NCBI RefSeq assembly: GCF_003918875.1
Contig: NW_025764926.1
Coordinates: 434,001 to 498,000, forward strand
From: Haliotis rubra
Taxonomy: Eukaryota
Direction of reading: 5' to 3'
DNA length: 64,000 nt
Below the pieces are notes generated by a model, which saw nothing but the letters and a program-made list of their open reading frames with translations, searched no databases and was not told where the DNA came from. A program made the translations under genes and the position numbers. Below, in pieces: positions 1-12,949 of this stretch. Numbering within the stretch: the first letter of the stretch is position 1; every line of letters begins with the position of its first letter.

Positions 1-1452
1 TCCTTGGTCATATCAATTGATTTTTGAAGATAATGCACAGCCTTGATCAGATATTCGTGATTAGGGTGTTTTACTACCTGCTTTGGAGAGTTAAGCATTT
101 TCCTAAGCGTCTGATGAGACCTGCCTCCTCGCAGCTGGTTTTGTATTGAGAGTTTCGCAAACTCGGGAGCCAGAACACTTTCTGACATGAGATGTTGATC
201 ACTGCTCGCCTGCATCTTTGGGACAGATTCTGCAGCCTCTGTATTTAGTGATGTCTCAGCAGCCGGTGCCCTCTGTGGTTCTGCTATGCTACCACCGCGG
301 GAGGCATAGTTATCTCTGTATGGCATTTCAGAGCCTCCTGCGTCATTCCCAGGCTGTCTATGTCCACGATGGCTCCCCCAGACACCATGATCGCGTTCAC
401 GACCGCGTCTACGTCCACGCCCACGTCCACGTCCACCGGCATCACCAGAGCTTTGCTCTGTCATTTTGATTAATATCTTCGCTAGATTATCACAAATATC
501 TGGACTTGGTCTGATAGCATATGCCCGCTCAAGTAACTTATAACATTCCATTAAAGTGTTAGGATATTGATCGTATGGTCTTTCAAAAAGTAGAAGTTTG
601 CCACATCTTCCAAGAACGAACTCATCTTGTAGAGACTCCTTGTTGACTATTTCAAGGGCTATATCAAAATATCGCGCTGCGGTCAGTGATGGACGTTCTA
701 ATTTCACTTTGTCAGCAATCTGCCGAGTTAAAGGGTAAGCTGGCCTTTTCAGCAAGTGGTACAGACAACCCAGCTCCACAAACGCTTTTGCTATCAGACG
801 TTGCTTCTTGCAGCGGTTAGTAATTTCAGAAAGATATCGTGCTGCTCTTTCGCAAAACTCTTTAACCCTTTCCGATGTCATGCCCTTAATACATTTCGGC
901 ATCCCTAAGCATCTCCTACAAGTCAATGCACACCCGAATTTCCACAGGTACTGTTCAGGAAATTCTTTAATGGCATTTTCATAAAGATCAATGGCTTTGA
1001 CATGCAGGTGAGGGCCAATGCGAGACATGCAGTATGCCTGCTCGGCTGTGGCAACCACGACTAACTGTTTGTAGTCATCTCTAGTCCTCAGTTTATGCAG
1101 CTCTTCGACAGCTGCTCGTGACTCACTCATACCCAGTCGCCATTTTCATCACGGCTTTGTTAACTAATGCTGTTATATTGGTCGGGTCATTTTCACAAAC
1201 TTTAGAATTTATTTCCAGAGCTTTCTGTTTTTCACGAGTGGTGAAATGCAGCAATGACAAAAAATTGTTTCGTCTGATTTCTTCTTCTTCATAGCCACAT
1301 GGCTGCAATCCTTCTGACTCGATTCGTTCCAGTATGCTGACACGTCTTTCATGCTTGATGTTGACGATGTGGTCGAGTTGGAGAGAGTGGGGGACGTCAC
1401 TCAGACCACGCTTCAGTCTCTGCTGAGGATCAAATGGCCAAGCCATATCCAT
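1..1452 (-). CDS. TTC22-like tetratricopeptide repeat protein (N-terminal part; runs off the window start; one frameshift at 1143-1146)
   Basis: ATG at 1452 lies just after an acceptor-like TTTTGTTTAAAG. The N-terminus LSDVPHSLQLDHIVN...RNNFLSLLHF...DPTNITALVNKA resembles TTC22 (LDYLPGHFHL...HPGNLNAWANLA, from memory). Removing one A from ATGAAAATGG gives a frame open to position 1: KWRLGMSESRAAVEEL...AEQAYCMSRIGPHLHVKAIDLYENAIKEFPEQYLWKFGCAL...AKAFVELGCLY...YLIKAVHYLQKSIDMTK. The ORF track misses this frame because it has no stop in the window. Confidence 0.75.
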
Positions 1453-1654
1453 GGTATATTCCGTTCCTTTAAACAAAAAGAAATACACTTCAAACACCAC
1501 AAAGATTGATATACAAGAAAATATGATAATTAGTATATGGAGGTTTGACACAGTTTTACAAGGCGGTAGTCAGTCCAAAGTAGTAACTGCACCACGCGTT
1601 GTGGTGTAATTTGTGATGTACGTCACTTACTATGCCATTGGTGACCTGGTTGAA

Positions 1655-1884
1655 ACAGAGTTTTTCGTTGTTAAATGTCACAAACAGCAACACGCAAGCT
1701 GTATCCCAGCTGTCCCCAAATCCAGTGGTTGACATCACGAGCATCGATCTGGGCAGTGGGGATACAATGACAGGTGTCAGCCAAAAATGCAAGTCATTGA
1801 ACCTAACCACACGATCCCTTTAAACTCATCTTACGACAAGCATGGGATGCTGAAGATCACATTGTAACACGGAACTTCACGGGT
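1655..1884 (-). mobile_element. SINE family B copy (degenerate)
   Basis: Aligns to the family B consensus (ACCCGTGAAG...CCCATGCTTGTCGTAAGA...GATCGATGCTC) seen at 49371-49600. Confidence 0.65.
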
Positions 1885-2001
1885 GATTTAATTAAAGCAC
1901 ATAACCCATTATAGACAAATACATCTAGTCACAACAAATGAATTACTTGTTCTTCGTATCTGCGTGTCTTTCATTCCTTAATGTCCAAATTATTTATAAT
2001 A

Positions 2002-3048
2002 TACCGACCTAAAAAAAGAAACTTCACATTTTGAGAAAATGAATCATATTGAAAATGTGTTGTACAAGGTAGTTAATATGGGCAAATGCCATTATACCCA
2101 CGTCTAACCTGACGCATACGCCCATTGCACTCGAGGACAACGCTGCATGCAGCACACCCTTTGGTGAAAACGAGAACCTGCACGTGATCAGGCAAAATAT
2201 CTTAACCATCCTTGATAAACTATTCGCACGCCACGCCTTACAACTGTTAAAAGTGAACGTGCAATTGGCATGCTCGATCCTGGTCAGTCTAATATGGCTG
2301 TTGCACGTGTCATGAGATGCATAACAAATCACACCATGAGGGTATGTGCCCACCACACGGGTACAACAACTCGTCGCCACGGTTCGGGACCGCCTCCTGT
2401 GACGTCACATGCCGAGGACAATCACATTCGGCTACGCCATTTGCATAATCGTTTTACGATTGCAACGTCAACCAGTAACACTCTGTTTAGGAGTCGCGTA
2501 ACTGTCCAGACCATACGAAACCGCTTGCCCATCTTCGTGGCGGACTTCCTTATGTTGGGCCGATTCTGGGACCGGTAAACCGTAAAGAACGTCTACGCTG
2601 GGCACAATTGCACCTGCGAAATGCTGGTATTGACGTCCGGACTGGCCATCGAGATCACAGGACCTCAACCCAGTCGAACACATATGGGATGCTTTTGGAT
2701 GCTCTTGGAAGAAGTCTTCGTGCCTTGAGATGTCAACCCCTAAACGTTCAAGAGCTTGGCGCCACTTTGATACAGCCTAATGATGTGTTCATGGGTGTCA
2801 ATGAGACAACATTGCCTTCTTCTGTGAATGCGAGAAGGGGACATAAGTGGTACTGAACAAGTTCCAATACCGATGGCTTCTCCCTGACTGTGGAGGGTGC
2901 ATCATGCTCACCTTAATGCCTTATCCTGTTTCAGTGTTCACTTATTACGTCCTTAAACCAGATTTATCCACTAGCAACACACTAAGTTCTATATGGGTAT
3001 GCTCAGGACGAAAAGTAACACATGTCAAGTGTCGTTTTTTGTTTAGTA
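2002..3048 (+). mobile_element. Degenerate, internally deleted Tc1/mariner element
   Basis: TA-flanked imperfect TIRs (TACCGACCTAAAAAAAGAAAC ... GTCGTTTTTTGTTTAGTA). Transposase remnants PRLTTVKSERAIGMLDPGQS, QTIRNRL, WPSRSQDLNPVEHIWDA and ARRGHKWY* are homologous to the element at 5811-7327. Confidence 0.85.
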
Positions 3049-3099
3049 TAGGACATATTCTGTAACTAGATATTACCAGTTTGACTTGAAAGTCCCTGT

Positions 3100-3165
3100 A
3101 GGTTTGGTGAGGTGAGGTTTGGTGAGGTGAGGTTTGGTGAGGTGAGGTTTGGTGAGGTGAGGTGA
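3100..3165. repeat. 15-bp tandem repeat (GGTTTGGTGAGGTGA) x ~4
   Basis: Directly visible. Confidence 0.9.
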
Positions 3166-3559
3166 GTCCATCATTAACACAAAGTCACTCTCTAAAGCAA
3201 GTTTCCATATACACACTGTCAGTTTGAAACGTCGATAAACATCAGATTCTGCAATATTCTCTACCACCACTTTATTCTGTGAAAATTTAGGAGGTGAAAC
3301 ACATGGCACGAATTCGTAGTTTTGCGTTGGAAAAGTATACCACGTGAAACAGGTTCAAGCTTAGACTAACGCCTAGTCTCTGAATGTATATAATTTTGAT
3401 AGAAACAAACAATTCCTTTTAAATTGAAAAGGAGTCCCAGTTAGGAAGAAATCTAGATTCGCTTCATTTAGGGCTTTAGCATTGAAGAAGGGGCTGGGCA
3501 GAAGAGAAAATAATGCGGTTCAGGGTCTGATTATTTCAAGCTGAAACTATATAAAAACA

Positions 3560-5720
3560 TTCAACGTAATTGAATGCCTTCATGTACACATTACTAACGC
3601 ATTTGATAATGTGATTTTTTGAAACAAGTCAAAATACCTAATAACATGCAAAGGCAGGGCAACCAATTGGTTTCAGTTGTTCAAAGGTGTTACACAGGGA
3701 TGCCCCTTAAGTCCTTATATTTTTATCATTTGCTCAGAAATCATAAATATGAAAATCAGGAAAAAATTAGATATTCAAGGGATTGGAATTGGGGAGAAAG
3801 AAGTGATTTATTTTGCAGATGATACCAACTTGACATTAAAAAATATACAATCAGCAGCGCAAGCTGTTGAATTTTACAACAGATCTGAAAAAATAACAGG
3901 CCTTAAGATAAATGTAAAGAAAAGTAATGTTATGCCTATACAGAACCGTCCAATATCGTGTGGTATAAAAGGGTTAGACATTGTTTATAGTAGCATTAAA
4001 CGTTTAGGTATCCAATTGTTTAGATATAATGATTCTTTAGCAATAGAAAATCTCAAACCCCAAATTTTGAAAATACGAAAACGATTCTAAATTTGGCCAT
4101 CAAGAAATTAATCACTTTTTGGAAGAATATTGCTTTCTAAAGGGAAAGATTGTTCAAGGCTCATATACCAAAGCAGTATGATGCAGGTTCCAGCAGGTCT
4201 GTGTAAAGAAATCAATGTGGAATTGTTTAGATTTATCTGGAATTATAAGAATGAAAAAGTGAAAAGAACAACAATGCTAAATGTAAAAGAACTAGGGGGA
4301 GTTTCAGCTTTGGATTTTACCAGTATGAGTAAAGCACTCTGTTTGGCATGGAAACCAATATATTATTCCTCTTATGGAAGCTGGAAATTGTTTTTAGATA
4401 AAGGTTTGAAAACTGTAGGAGGGTTATCTTTTGTTCTAAAATGTAATTATGACCTAAGAAAATTGCATATTGCTGTACCATCATTTTATAGATGTATGTT
4501 AAATGTAAAGGGTTGGAGAGAAACTGTTAAGATTGATGAAGATATTTAATCAAATAATTTGGAATAATAAATTAGACATTTTAAATAAGAAGTCTGTGTA
4601 TAATGATAAATGGGTAAAAACTGGCATTGTATATGTTAGAGATTTGCTTGATGAAAGTGGACAGTCAAGAACCAGTTACAAGAGATATAAAAATTGAATA
4701 TTAACAGTAGATATTTTTAAAATATCAAAAGAGCTGTTCAAAGGGCAATAGGGAGCAATATGTTTTATAAAAATAGTCCAAAAATTCAGTTTTTGTTAAA
4801 CACACCACCTAAGTTACAGGGAAATATTATGAATTATAAGATTAAGTCTAGGTACTTTTATTCAGTGATTGTGGATAACAAAGTCACTTTACCATATAAA
4901 TTGAATGATTCATCACATGCTAGCAAAATGTATGGTCTTTTTACAACCCTTCCGTTATCCTACAAGTTAAAAGAATTACAATTCAAGATTATACACAATA
5001 TTGTGCCATGTAAGAAATGGTTGTTAAAACTTCACTTATGTGAATCACCAGAATGCGATGACTGTAAAACTTTGGAGGTCGTTAAGACCATTCTTCAGGT
5101 CACAACAGACGTTTCCCATATTTTCTATAATTGTAAAAAATGTTACTTCAATGATTAATGATTATGTAAAGTTTCTTTCTAAGTATTCACAGCAACAATT
5201 TTCTGTAGAATCCCTCTTGTACGGTTCAACAGATCACTTTGACCCAATATTTGAGTTTTTAAATATGCATTTAAAATACTTTACATATAAGTCTCACTAT
5301 ACCGATATCAAAGTTTCTATGAAGCTTTTCATTATACATTTGAAATATGCTCTGGAAATGTATAAATATTCAAAGGTAAAGTTTATGTATTTAAAAGCAC
5401 CCATGTTAGATTTACAATAGGAATTATATAGGTGAATATTTGCGTTTTTAAATATGCATTTAAAATACTTTATATATAAGTCTCACTATACCTATATCAA
5501 AGTTTATGCTCTGGAAATATATAAATATATATAGGTAAAGTTTATGTATGTAGAAGCACTCATGTTAGATTTACAGTAGAAATCATAATTGGTAAAAGGT
5601 TAAGGCTATAAACCAGTAGTCCCTGACCACGTGGATTTGTATGGTTTATGTTAAAAAGGATGAAAAAATAAAATAAAAATAATTTTTAAAAAAGAAAAAA
5701 AAATAATAATAATAGAAAAA
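3560..5720 (+). mobile_element. 5'-truncated non-LTR retrotransposon (L1/Tx1-type ORF2 remnant) with A-rich tail
   Basis: RT motifs AFDNV, KGVTQGCPLSPYIF, YFADD and TGLKINVKKS; FRFIWN...ELGGV; C-terminal ELQFKIIHNIVP and the zinc knuckle CESPECDDC...HIFYNC. Broken by stops and frameshifts. Local duplication 5305-5425/5435-5585; A-rich tail about 5650-5720. Confidence 0.85.
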
Positions 5721-5810
5721 ATGCACGCCCGGTACAACACAGTGGAAACACAGTCAAACGATTTTGGCTTCAAATCAATATTTTTTGAATAAATTACACT
5801 TTCATAAATA

Positions 5811-7327
5811 TACTCTCCCAAAAAAGAAACGCATATAGGAATTTCAACTGTATTTTTATGTTTATTTTGAAACATCTTGTAGGCTTTATGAGTCAATAAA
5901 ATATAGCGAAATTGCACACTGGGAATGCAGAGTTATCCGTCTTTGGCACCAACTCGAGGAAAGTCAGTTTGAGTGTTACATGGAGACGTGTGTCAATACC
6001 TCGTGTGACCACCGTGCGCATCCAGAACTGCACGGCATCGCCTCGGCATCGAACGAATAAGTCTCAGAATCTCGTGTTGCCCAATCGCAGCCCACTCTGC
6101 CTGTAGTGCCTGTGCGAGTTTCTGAAGTGTCTGGGGCTGAGGGTTACGGCGTCGCACCCGTCTGTCCAGGGCATCCCACAGATGTTCGATCGGGTTTAAG
6201 TCCGGTGATCTTGAGGGCCTGGGGAGCACATTGATGTTGTGGTTCTGGAGGAAGTCTCTAGTGTGACGTGCTGTGTGGGGCCTGGCATTGTCCTGTTGAA
6301 ACAACTCCCTCTGGCGATCAATGATTGGAAGGAGGTGTGGGCGTAGGATTTCGTCACAGTACCGTTGAGCTTTCAGGTTGCCCTGGATCATCACCAAATA
6401 ACTTTTCCTACGGCAGGTGATCACTCCCCACATCATAACACTGCCCCGGCCGGATCTGTCCACCTGGGGAACGCAAGCGTCGGCGAAACAATCACGTCGA
6501 CGTCTGTACACCCGCATTCTTTCATCGCGTCGTTCCAATAGAAATCGTATTTCAACTCTGAACCAGATTCTACGCCAATTCGGTAGGTTCCAGGCCTGAA
6601 CGTTGGTGCACCATTGAACTCGATGTCGACGATGTTGTTGTCGAAGCACAGGGCCAAAATAAGGTCTTCTGGCACGTAAACCAGCCTCTCTCAGCCTGTT
6701 CCTGACGGTCTGTGCAGAAAGCCTCCTCAATCCGGGTATTTGTCGAGCGGTACTGGTCGCCGTAGCTGTTCGATGACGCAGGTGATGTACCCGGATGTAG
6801 CGATCCTGCGCCGCAGTGGTCGCTCGAGGTCGCCCACTACGAGGGGCATCTGCTACCGAATTCTGCTGGCAATATCTCTCCCAGAGCCGTGAAATGGTGC
6901 TTTGGTGAACATTCATGCGTCGGGCAACTGCACGTTGAAACTGGCCAGCTTCAAGCAAACCAATGGCGATATGAAGGTTGGCTTCACTTAGACGTGGCAT
7001 TTTGCGTTCGTCAACAATATTCCAAATACAGTGAATAATCGACAGACAGCGATCAACCTTTTATACCCATCATTGAGACTATCTGATCCCTAACTTTCAC
7101 GTGCATTACATGTGAATTGTGTATTCTGTGACACTACACGCCGAAATTGAAAATCAATTGTTAAATACGGGTATTTTACAAATGGTGCGTTTTGTTGTGA
7201 TGTTTCAAAACATAAACACCATAGGACTCATAAACAGAGCAAAACCTTTTGTAAAATAAATCACGTTTTAATTCAATGCTACATGAAATTGCTATTTTCA
7301 TGATGCGTTTCTTTTTTTGGGAGAGTA
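5811..7327 (-). mobile_element. Full-length Tc1 (DD34E-type) DNA transposon
   Basis: TIRs of about 24 bp (TACTCTCCCAAAAAAGAAACGCAT / ATGCGTTTCTTTTTTTGGGAGAGTA), flanked by TA on both sides; contains a 335-aa transposase ORF. Confidence 0.95.
5993..7000 (-). CDS. Tc1 transposase, 335 aa, first catalytic Asp substituted
   Basis: Paired-like HTH with GRPR motif. FQQDNARPH...SPDLNPIEHLWD has 34 residues between D and E. The expected FSDES motif reads FRVEI. Confidence 0.9.
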   Translation of the reverse strand: MPRLSEANLHIAIGLLEAGQFQRAVARRMNVHQSTISRLWERYCQQNSVADAPRSGRPRATTAAQDRYIRVHHLRHRTATATSTARQIPGLRRLSAQTVRNRLREAGLRARRPYFGPVLRQQHRRHRVQWCTNVQAWNLPNWRRIWFRVEIRFLLERRDERMRVYRRRRDCFADACVPQVDRSGRGSVMMWGVITCRRKSYLVMIQGNLKAQRYCDEILRPHLLPIIDRQRELFQQDNARPHTARHTRDFLQNHNINVLPRPSRSPDLNPIEHLWDALDRRVRRRNPQPQTLQKLAQALQAEWAAIGQHEILRLIRSMPRRCRAVLDAHGGHTRY

Positions 7328-7569
7328 TACATATATCATACATGCATATGCAAATGCATCACTTAGAAATTTCGCCGAAGAATCATAGCGTATGTAACAG
7401 TCGTACATCAGTTTCTTCACTCACAGGATACACACTTTTTTAATGTCACACCAAACCGCCTGTTAATCCACCCGCCTTTACCACCCCTGTCCTAAATAAA
7501 GTCCTTCCATACCAATAAATAAAGAAAAGTGACTTTCTGTTGTCTACACACACTCCAACATCACAATAC

Positions 7570-9121
7570 TAGGGCTCTCACGAGTACTCGGGTACTCGGG
7601 GCCGAGTCGGGTAAAGCAGGACTCGAGTCCAATTGAATGGACTCGAGGACTCGCAGGGGAGATACCTCTAAACATCTCATGCAATCAAGATTGATGATCG
7701 TGAGAAAAAATCCAATGTCTGGACGCATTTTTATCTTGATTTAGTGGCCAAAATACGAAATGCCGTCTTTGTGGCGTTTCCCTTAGTTACGGAAGCATTT
7801 GTCCTGTAAGCACCCACAATAAGCACTGTAGACAGAAAAGTAGCTCAACAAGCAACGCTGGGGCAGTTTGGTAAGTTTGATATCAAAAGTCGCAAGCCTG
7901 TTGACAGGAAATGGTATGAAGGTATTACGCAAAAAGCAATGCTTATGCGCGTTAAGGATATGCGACCATTCAGTCTTGTTAAAGGGGAGGGTTTCAGGGC
8001 TTTCTGTGAACCATTGAACCCAAATTACCAGGTCCCATGTAGTGCGACAATTCACAACTATCTCATAAAGTCGTATGAAGTTTGCAAGGAGAACATAATA
8101 TCAGTACCCATTTACTACCCAAAACAGTACCTGCCGTTGCCCTAACTACGGACGCGTGGACAAGCGTAACCACTCGCTGTATCACTGTCCCTGCCCATTA
8201 TACCTATGTTTGAACAACTTGTTTTCTACATAGATATTCGGTCGTTCTTATCCAGCGTATTTCAGTGTTACATATTCAACAATCAACACATACATACGCA
8301 TTCAAAATAACATTCACACTTGGAGACCTATATCCTTAATAGTGAAAATTTTAATCACAATGAATACCATTGACGTGATCTCCGTTCAGCAGAGTTTCGG
8401 AAGAAGAAATACAGCGTAATGTTACTCAATAAATGGTTAGTCTTTAGTTTGAAACCAAACCGTTTTCACTATAAGAAGTCTCAAATAAACATCAATCCTG
8501 TTTTACATATTCTTTAAGTTCCATAGTCGATCCATCTTTACAAGATACTAGTATCTAATGCACCACCAATCAATGAATGCTTTATCTATGTATCTTCCAG
8601 CTTTGGAACGTGTTTTGCCGCATTTTAACCTTGATTAAGGTTAATTGATTATGTGACTTATCGTCCAGGTGAATGTTTAAAAGTTGCTAATATGTCGTAG
8701 CTGCAACGACATATTACTATTAGATCATTTTGAAAGCGCAGTCAAACTTAAAACCAAAAGAAAAGAGAAGTAGATTTCTTTTCCCGGACACATCAAATCA
8801 TATTACAGCATTTACAGGCGTAATAAGGTATCACCGGCCCAGCTCATGAATATTAATCACATAATTGATCGCGTAGAACTGGGTCACAGTGACACTTACG
8901 TTGCCTTCACATTCTGTTTGCAAATAAAAAGGTAATAGATACTTCCATTGACATTGAATATCAATTGCTTTATTCAGGAACGTTTGGATTCACATATACT
9001 TGTTGCATTATTCGTAGATTGGAAGTTTGAACAGCTACGTGTATGGTTGAATGTTGGTTTCAGATAAGCATCCAAATTGTCGGGTACTCGGGTCCCAAAT
9101 TTTGGACTCGTGAGAGCCCTA
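7570..9121 (+). mobile_element. Non-autonomous hAT element with BED-finger/transposase remnant
   Basis: Perfect 16-bp TIR TAGGGCTCTCACGAGT; 8-bp TSD CACAATAC at 7562-7569 and 9122-9129. Remnants KKSNVWTHF, KDMRPFSLVKGEGFRAFCEPLNPNYQVP and ALTTDAWTS. Confidence 0.92.
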
Positions 9122-12100
9122 CACAATACTATCTACAGCTTGAAAGAATGAGCTACAACAATACTATTTACAACCCAGAACACTGACCAGAAGTGCACAC
9201 GCAGTAAGAAAATCATAGTATTGAAACAAAATTAAACAATGAAAGAGCAGAGGCTATTCCGTGCAACAAACAATCAGTCTCAAGTATATGTACCTTTGTG
9301 AATACACGATTCGAGAGTGAAGTAGATTACGGCGGCTTTTGAAATCTGCTTCTGTTCTGTGTCAGAACGAAAGTAATATTGATTCACGTATCAAAACGAA
9401 AATAGAAAATGACAGAGTGACGTTCACATAATGAAATAAATACCTCAGATATACCTGTCAATTGAAGAACATTACACATATTAAATAGTATACTTAAATA
9501 CAGCTAAGTATCTACACGCTGAATTACCTGGCGATGTACAACAGAGAGAGGATCCGTGATAATCGTACAGGACCTGGAGACCAGAGTACTACTGTCACTG
9601 GGCACCGCAGGAACGCCTGTCTCAATATACTTGTAGATAGAGGCTGTGACGTAATAGCATAGTCACATCAAACATTGAGGTTTACAGGAATGTATACTGC
9701 ATCAGGCTAAAACAGCAATGAGTCAAAACGGCGCCATATGTAAGTCACTTATTCGGTGCAACTTCTATGAAGGAAAAGAAACTTTCCCAATTTTGTATAT
9801 AAAATGTATTATTGTACAACCAATGCAAAGTTATTATGGATACAAGCGATTATGTAGATTATCATACATATTTAACAACCCTTTACTTTTGTTAGGCTGT
9901 GTCCCATCCGGGATTCGAACCCATACTATCAGAGTCAGGCACATAATCGCCAGCACAAAAAGCCATAATCATCCATGCTTCAACTTGAGGAATAAGGATT
10001 TGGGGTAAAAAAACCTCGTCTAAATAGTGTAGTCAGCAATTCATCCGAGTGAATTATTGTGTATGCTTACTTTTGATTCTCAAATATTATTTGTGGAATG
10101 GTAAACAATTTAATAAATTGACCGACTAATTGCTTCGGGCAAGTGCCTCTGAAATATCAAGTCTAGATTCAACAATTCAGCGACTACGGCACACAATCAC
10201 CAATGTCAGCTACCCGGACCGCCCAATCCACAGATAGTCCTCTCTCACGTCCACCATTGGTTACTGAGGTTGTTATGACTGACAGCAACACCATTTCGGA
10301 ACGCTTCAAAATATTCAATGACGACACATCCTTTCCACGAGTGCGTATGGATGACTATTTAAATTGTTTTCAGGCGCGTAGCAAGCCATTTTTGTGTGTA
10401 AGCCTGATAGGTTGCAAAGCGTTATATTTAGATAGCATTGAGGGCTTGCCAACCCTTTTTAGCCAAAATCATGTGTAAGCCCGTGCTTTTTTTCATAATA
10501 GTCGCTACGCCCTTGTGATATGTACTTATTGTCCCTGTCATCTTGCTGTCTGCTGTGTATTCAGTGTGCTGTGTTCACGATTCACCCAAATACTCCTACC
10601 CAAATATGATATCGAGACGGCCTGTGGGGACTGACATAAGTGATAAACAGTATGTCCGATGCAATATCATATTTTGACTGGTTCCATATGTTCCCGTGCG
10701 TTTGTGATGGGGAAATTCCCATTTTCAGCAACAGGACCATGATAATGACATGGCTATTGCTTAGTGATTCATAAACACAAGTTGACGATACAGTCAAACT
10801 GAGCAAGGCTATTTGCTTTATTTTCAAACATTCTTATGTTGACTTGAGTAGCTGAATGTCCGCAACAAAGGTAACACTGGCCAAGAAAACATATCCTTAT
10901 TATTTAGTATTTACTGAAACGGAATTTAACCGCGAACACGAAGTTTGATAAGGGTTATATGTTCGTTGTGACTTGCGAAGACTGTTTAACTATTGGAAAG
11001 AAATGCCTCATAATCTATGTACATGTATACTCCTATAAATTGACTAAAGTAAAGGAAGAGAATCGGGACGTCAGTAACTTCGTTTAAGTTGTATGTAAAT
11101 TGAATACGTTCTAATAATCAGGAATACGGAGATACATGTACACCTATGCCACGTCTGTCTCTATTACACGTGGCTAAGCACTGCGGCCATGTACACGGTC
11201 AACACATGTACACTTTGACAACACCTTCATAATACAGACCAACATACATCCGGCCGCGCCCATCTATATCAACTCCTAGGGGAGTGTCAATACCGTCCTC
11301 ATCTGTCAGTATGTTTCTAACAAACTCTCCTGCCTCAGTCAAATGGATGACTCTGTGTAGAAAGAAGTATGTAACCAGAATGTCACCTCTGCAAGTACTT
11401 GTGATACTCTGAGGACACTCCAGTACTGTGTCTCCTGTAGGTCATTTGTGCGTATCGAGACGTAATATCCCAGTACTTTTTTGCTGGTCGTAATGGCTGA
11501 CAGCACTTCCAGATCCGGGTTAACTCCTACTGTCACAATCTGGTTTTCAGCTGGAACGGTCACAGCCACCTGGCTGTGTGGCAGCTTAGTCATACCATCC
11601 GGAAATGTAGTTAGACGTAGCCTACTATGATAAGGTTGATTGTTTCTGGTGTAGAATGACTTCACACTTGTGTGGTTCCAGTCTGTGACCACAACTGTAT
11701 CTGTACCATCCACCATCATCACGGTCAGGTCAGCTAAGCGTGCTGCACGTCGTTCTCCTGCTATTCTGACTGTAATGGTCTTGAAGCACTGGATCAGCCG
11801 TCAGGTCCACATCGCCATCACGCAGGACGTCTATCGCACCCAGCTGCAGATCACTCAGAGCTTTACTCAGCTTCTCAATGTCATGTCTGAATGTGACCCT
11901 GACCATTCTTCCATCCTCTGCGCCCCCAACAGCCTCCACGACACCTGCCTCACAGCCCTGATACATCTCATACACATCCATGTCACATTCAGATTGTAGA
12001 GCCTGGTCTATCAGCTCAGTCTGTTGTTGGTACATCTGTAATGACAACTGTCTGGATTTTATGCATGCTGTGGATGTGGATGTCTGACATCTATTTGAGA

Positions 12101-12949
12101 TTATCCAGAAGTTGCTTTCCCCTAAAAGTGATCTGTTGTATGGCTTCCTGTGTTACAGACATTATGTTTTCTTCCATTCGTGAGTATCGAGACGTTTCTT
12201 TATTTACTTTCGACTGCAGTTCATTAGTTTTGGACTCCTTGTCTTCTTGCTTCTTTGATAACGTCTCCTTCTTCTTCTTGAGTTCTGTTTTCATGGTCCC
12301 GATCTGTGACTCGATTGTGACAACGGAATCACACTTCCTATGATACATGATGCAACATTTGTGACAAACCATCTTCTCGCAATCCTCACACAGAAACTCC
12401 ACGCATTCCTGCTTGTGTTCCTTGCACGTGACCTTTCGCTTTCTTTTGACCTTGGCCTCCACACACAGGTCAGTGACGTCATGGTGACGTGTAGATGGGA
12501 TGCGACTTTGCACTCTGTCACATTTCTCACATAGTGCGTCATCACAGACAAAACACCAAACAACAGCTGGAGTTGTCTCCCCTCCCTCATTACAGTATGC
12601 ACAAAAGGTTGTATCTGGAAAGCATTGGTACATTTAGGAAGTATTTTAACACAAATGAAACACGAATTTACACGACAACTTTCACAAAAACCAAACACAA
12701 CCTGATACTAATTGTTGCATACCACTTACCAGAATTTAATGTGGGACTTAAATAACTTTAGTCAGGCACACATGCATACAAAGGCAAGCGCAGCTACAAT
12801 TGGATCAGAATTGCAGTACATGTGAGTGTGAATTGTATCCAAAGCAACTATATACATATATACCCTTGGAGTCCAAATGTCCCTGCATGGCAAAGCTTGG
12901 CTTGACGTCATCTGCCCATTCCTCCACTGGTTTCTCAGGGTCAGACACT

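Noticed and set aside
9390-9420. AAAACGAAAATAGAAAATGA as an IRF element for the TPR gene
   Set aside because: A-rich background makes chance matches likely, and the gene's start site is unknown.
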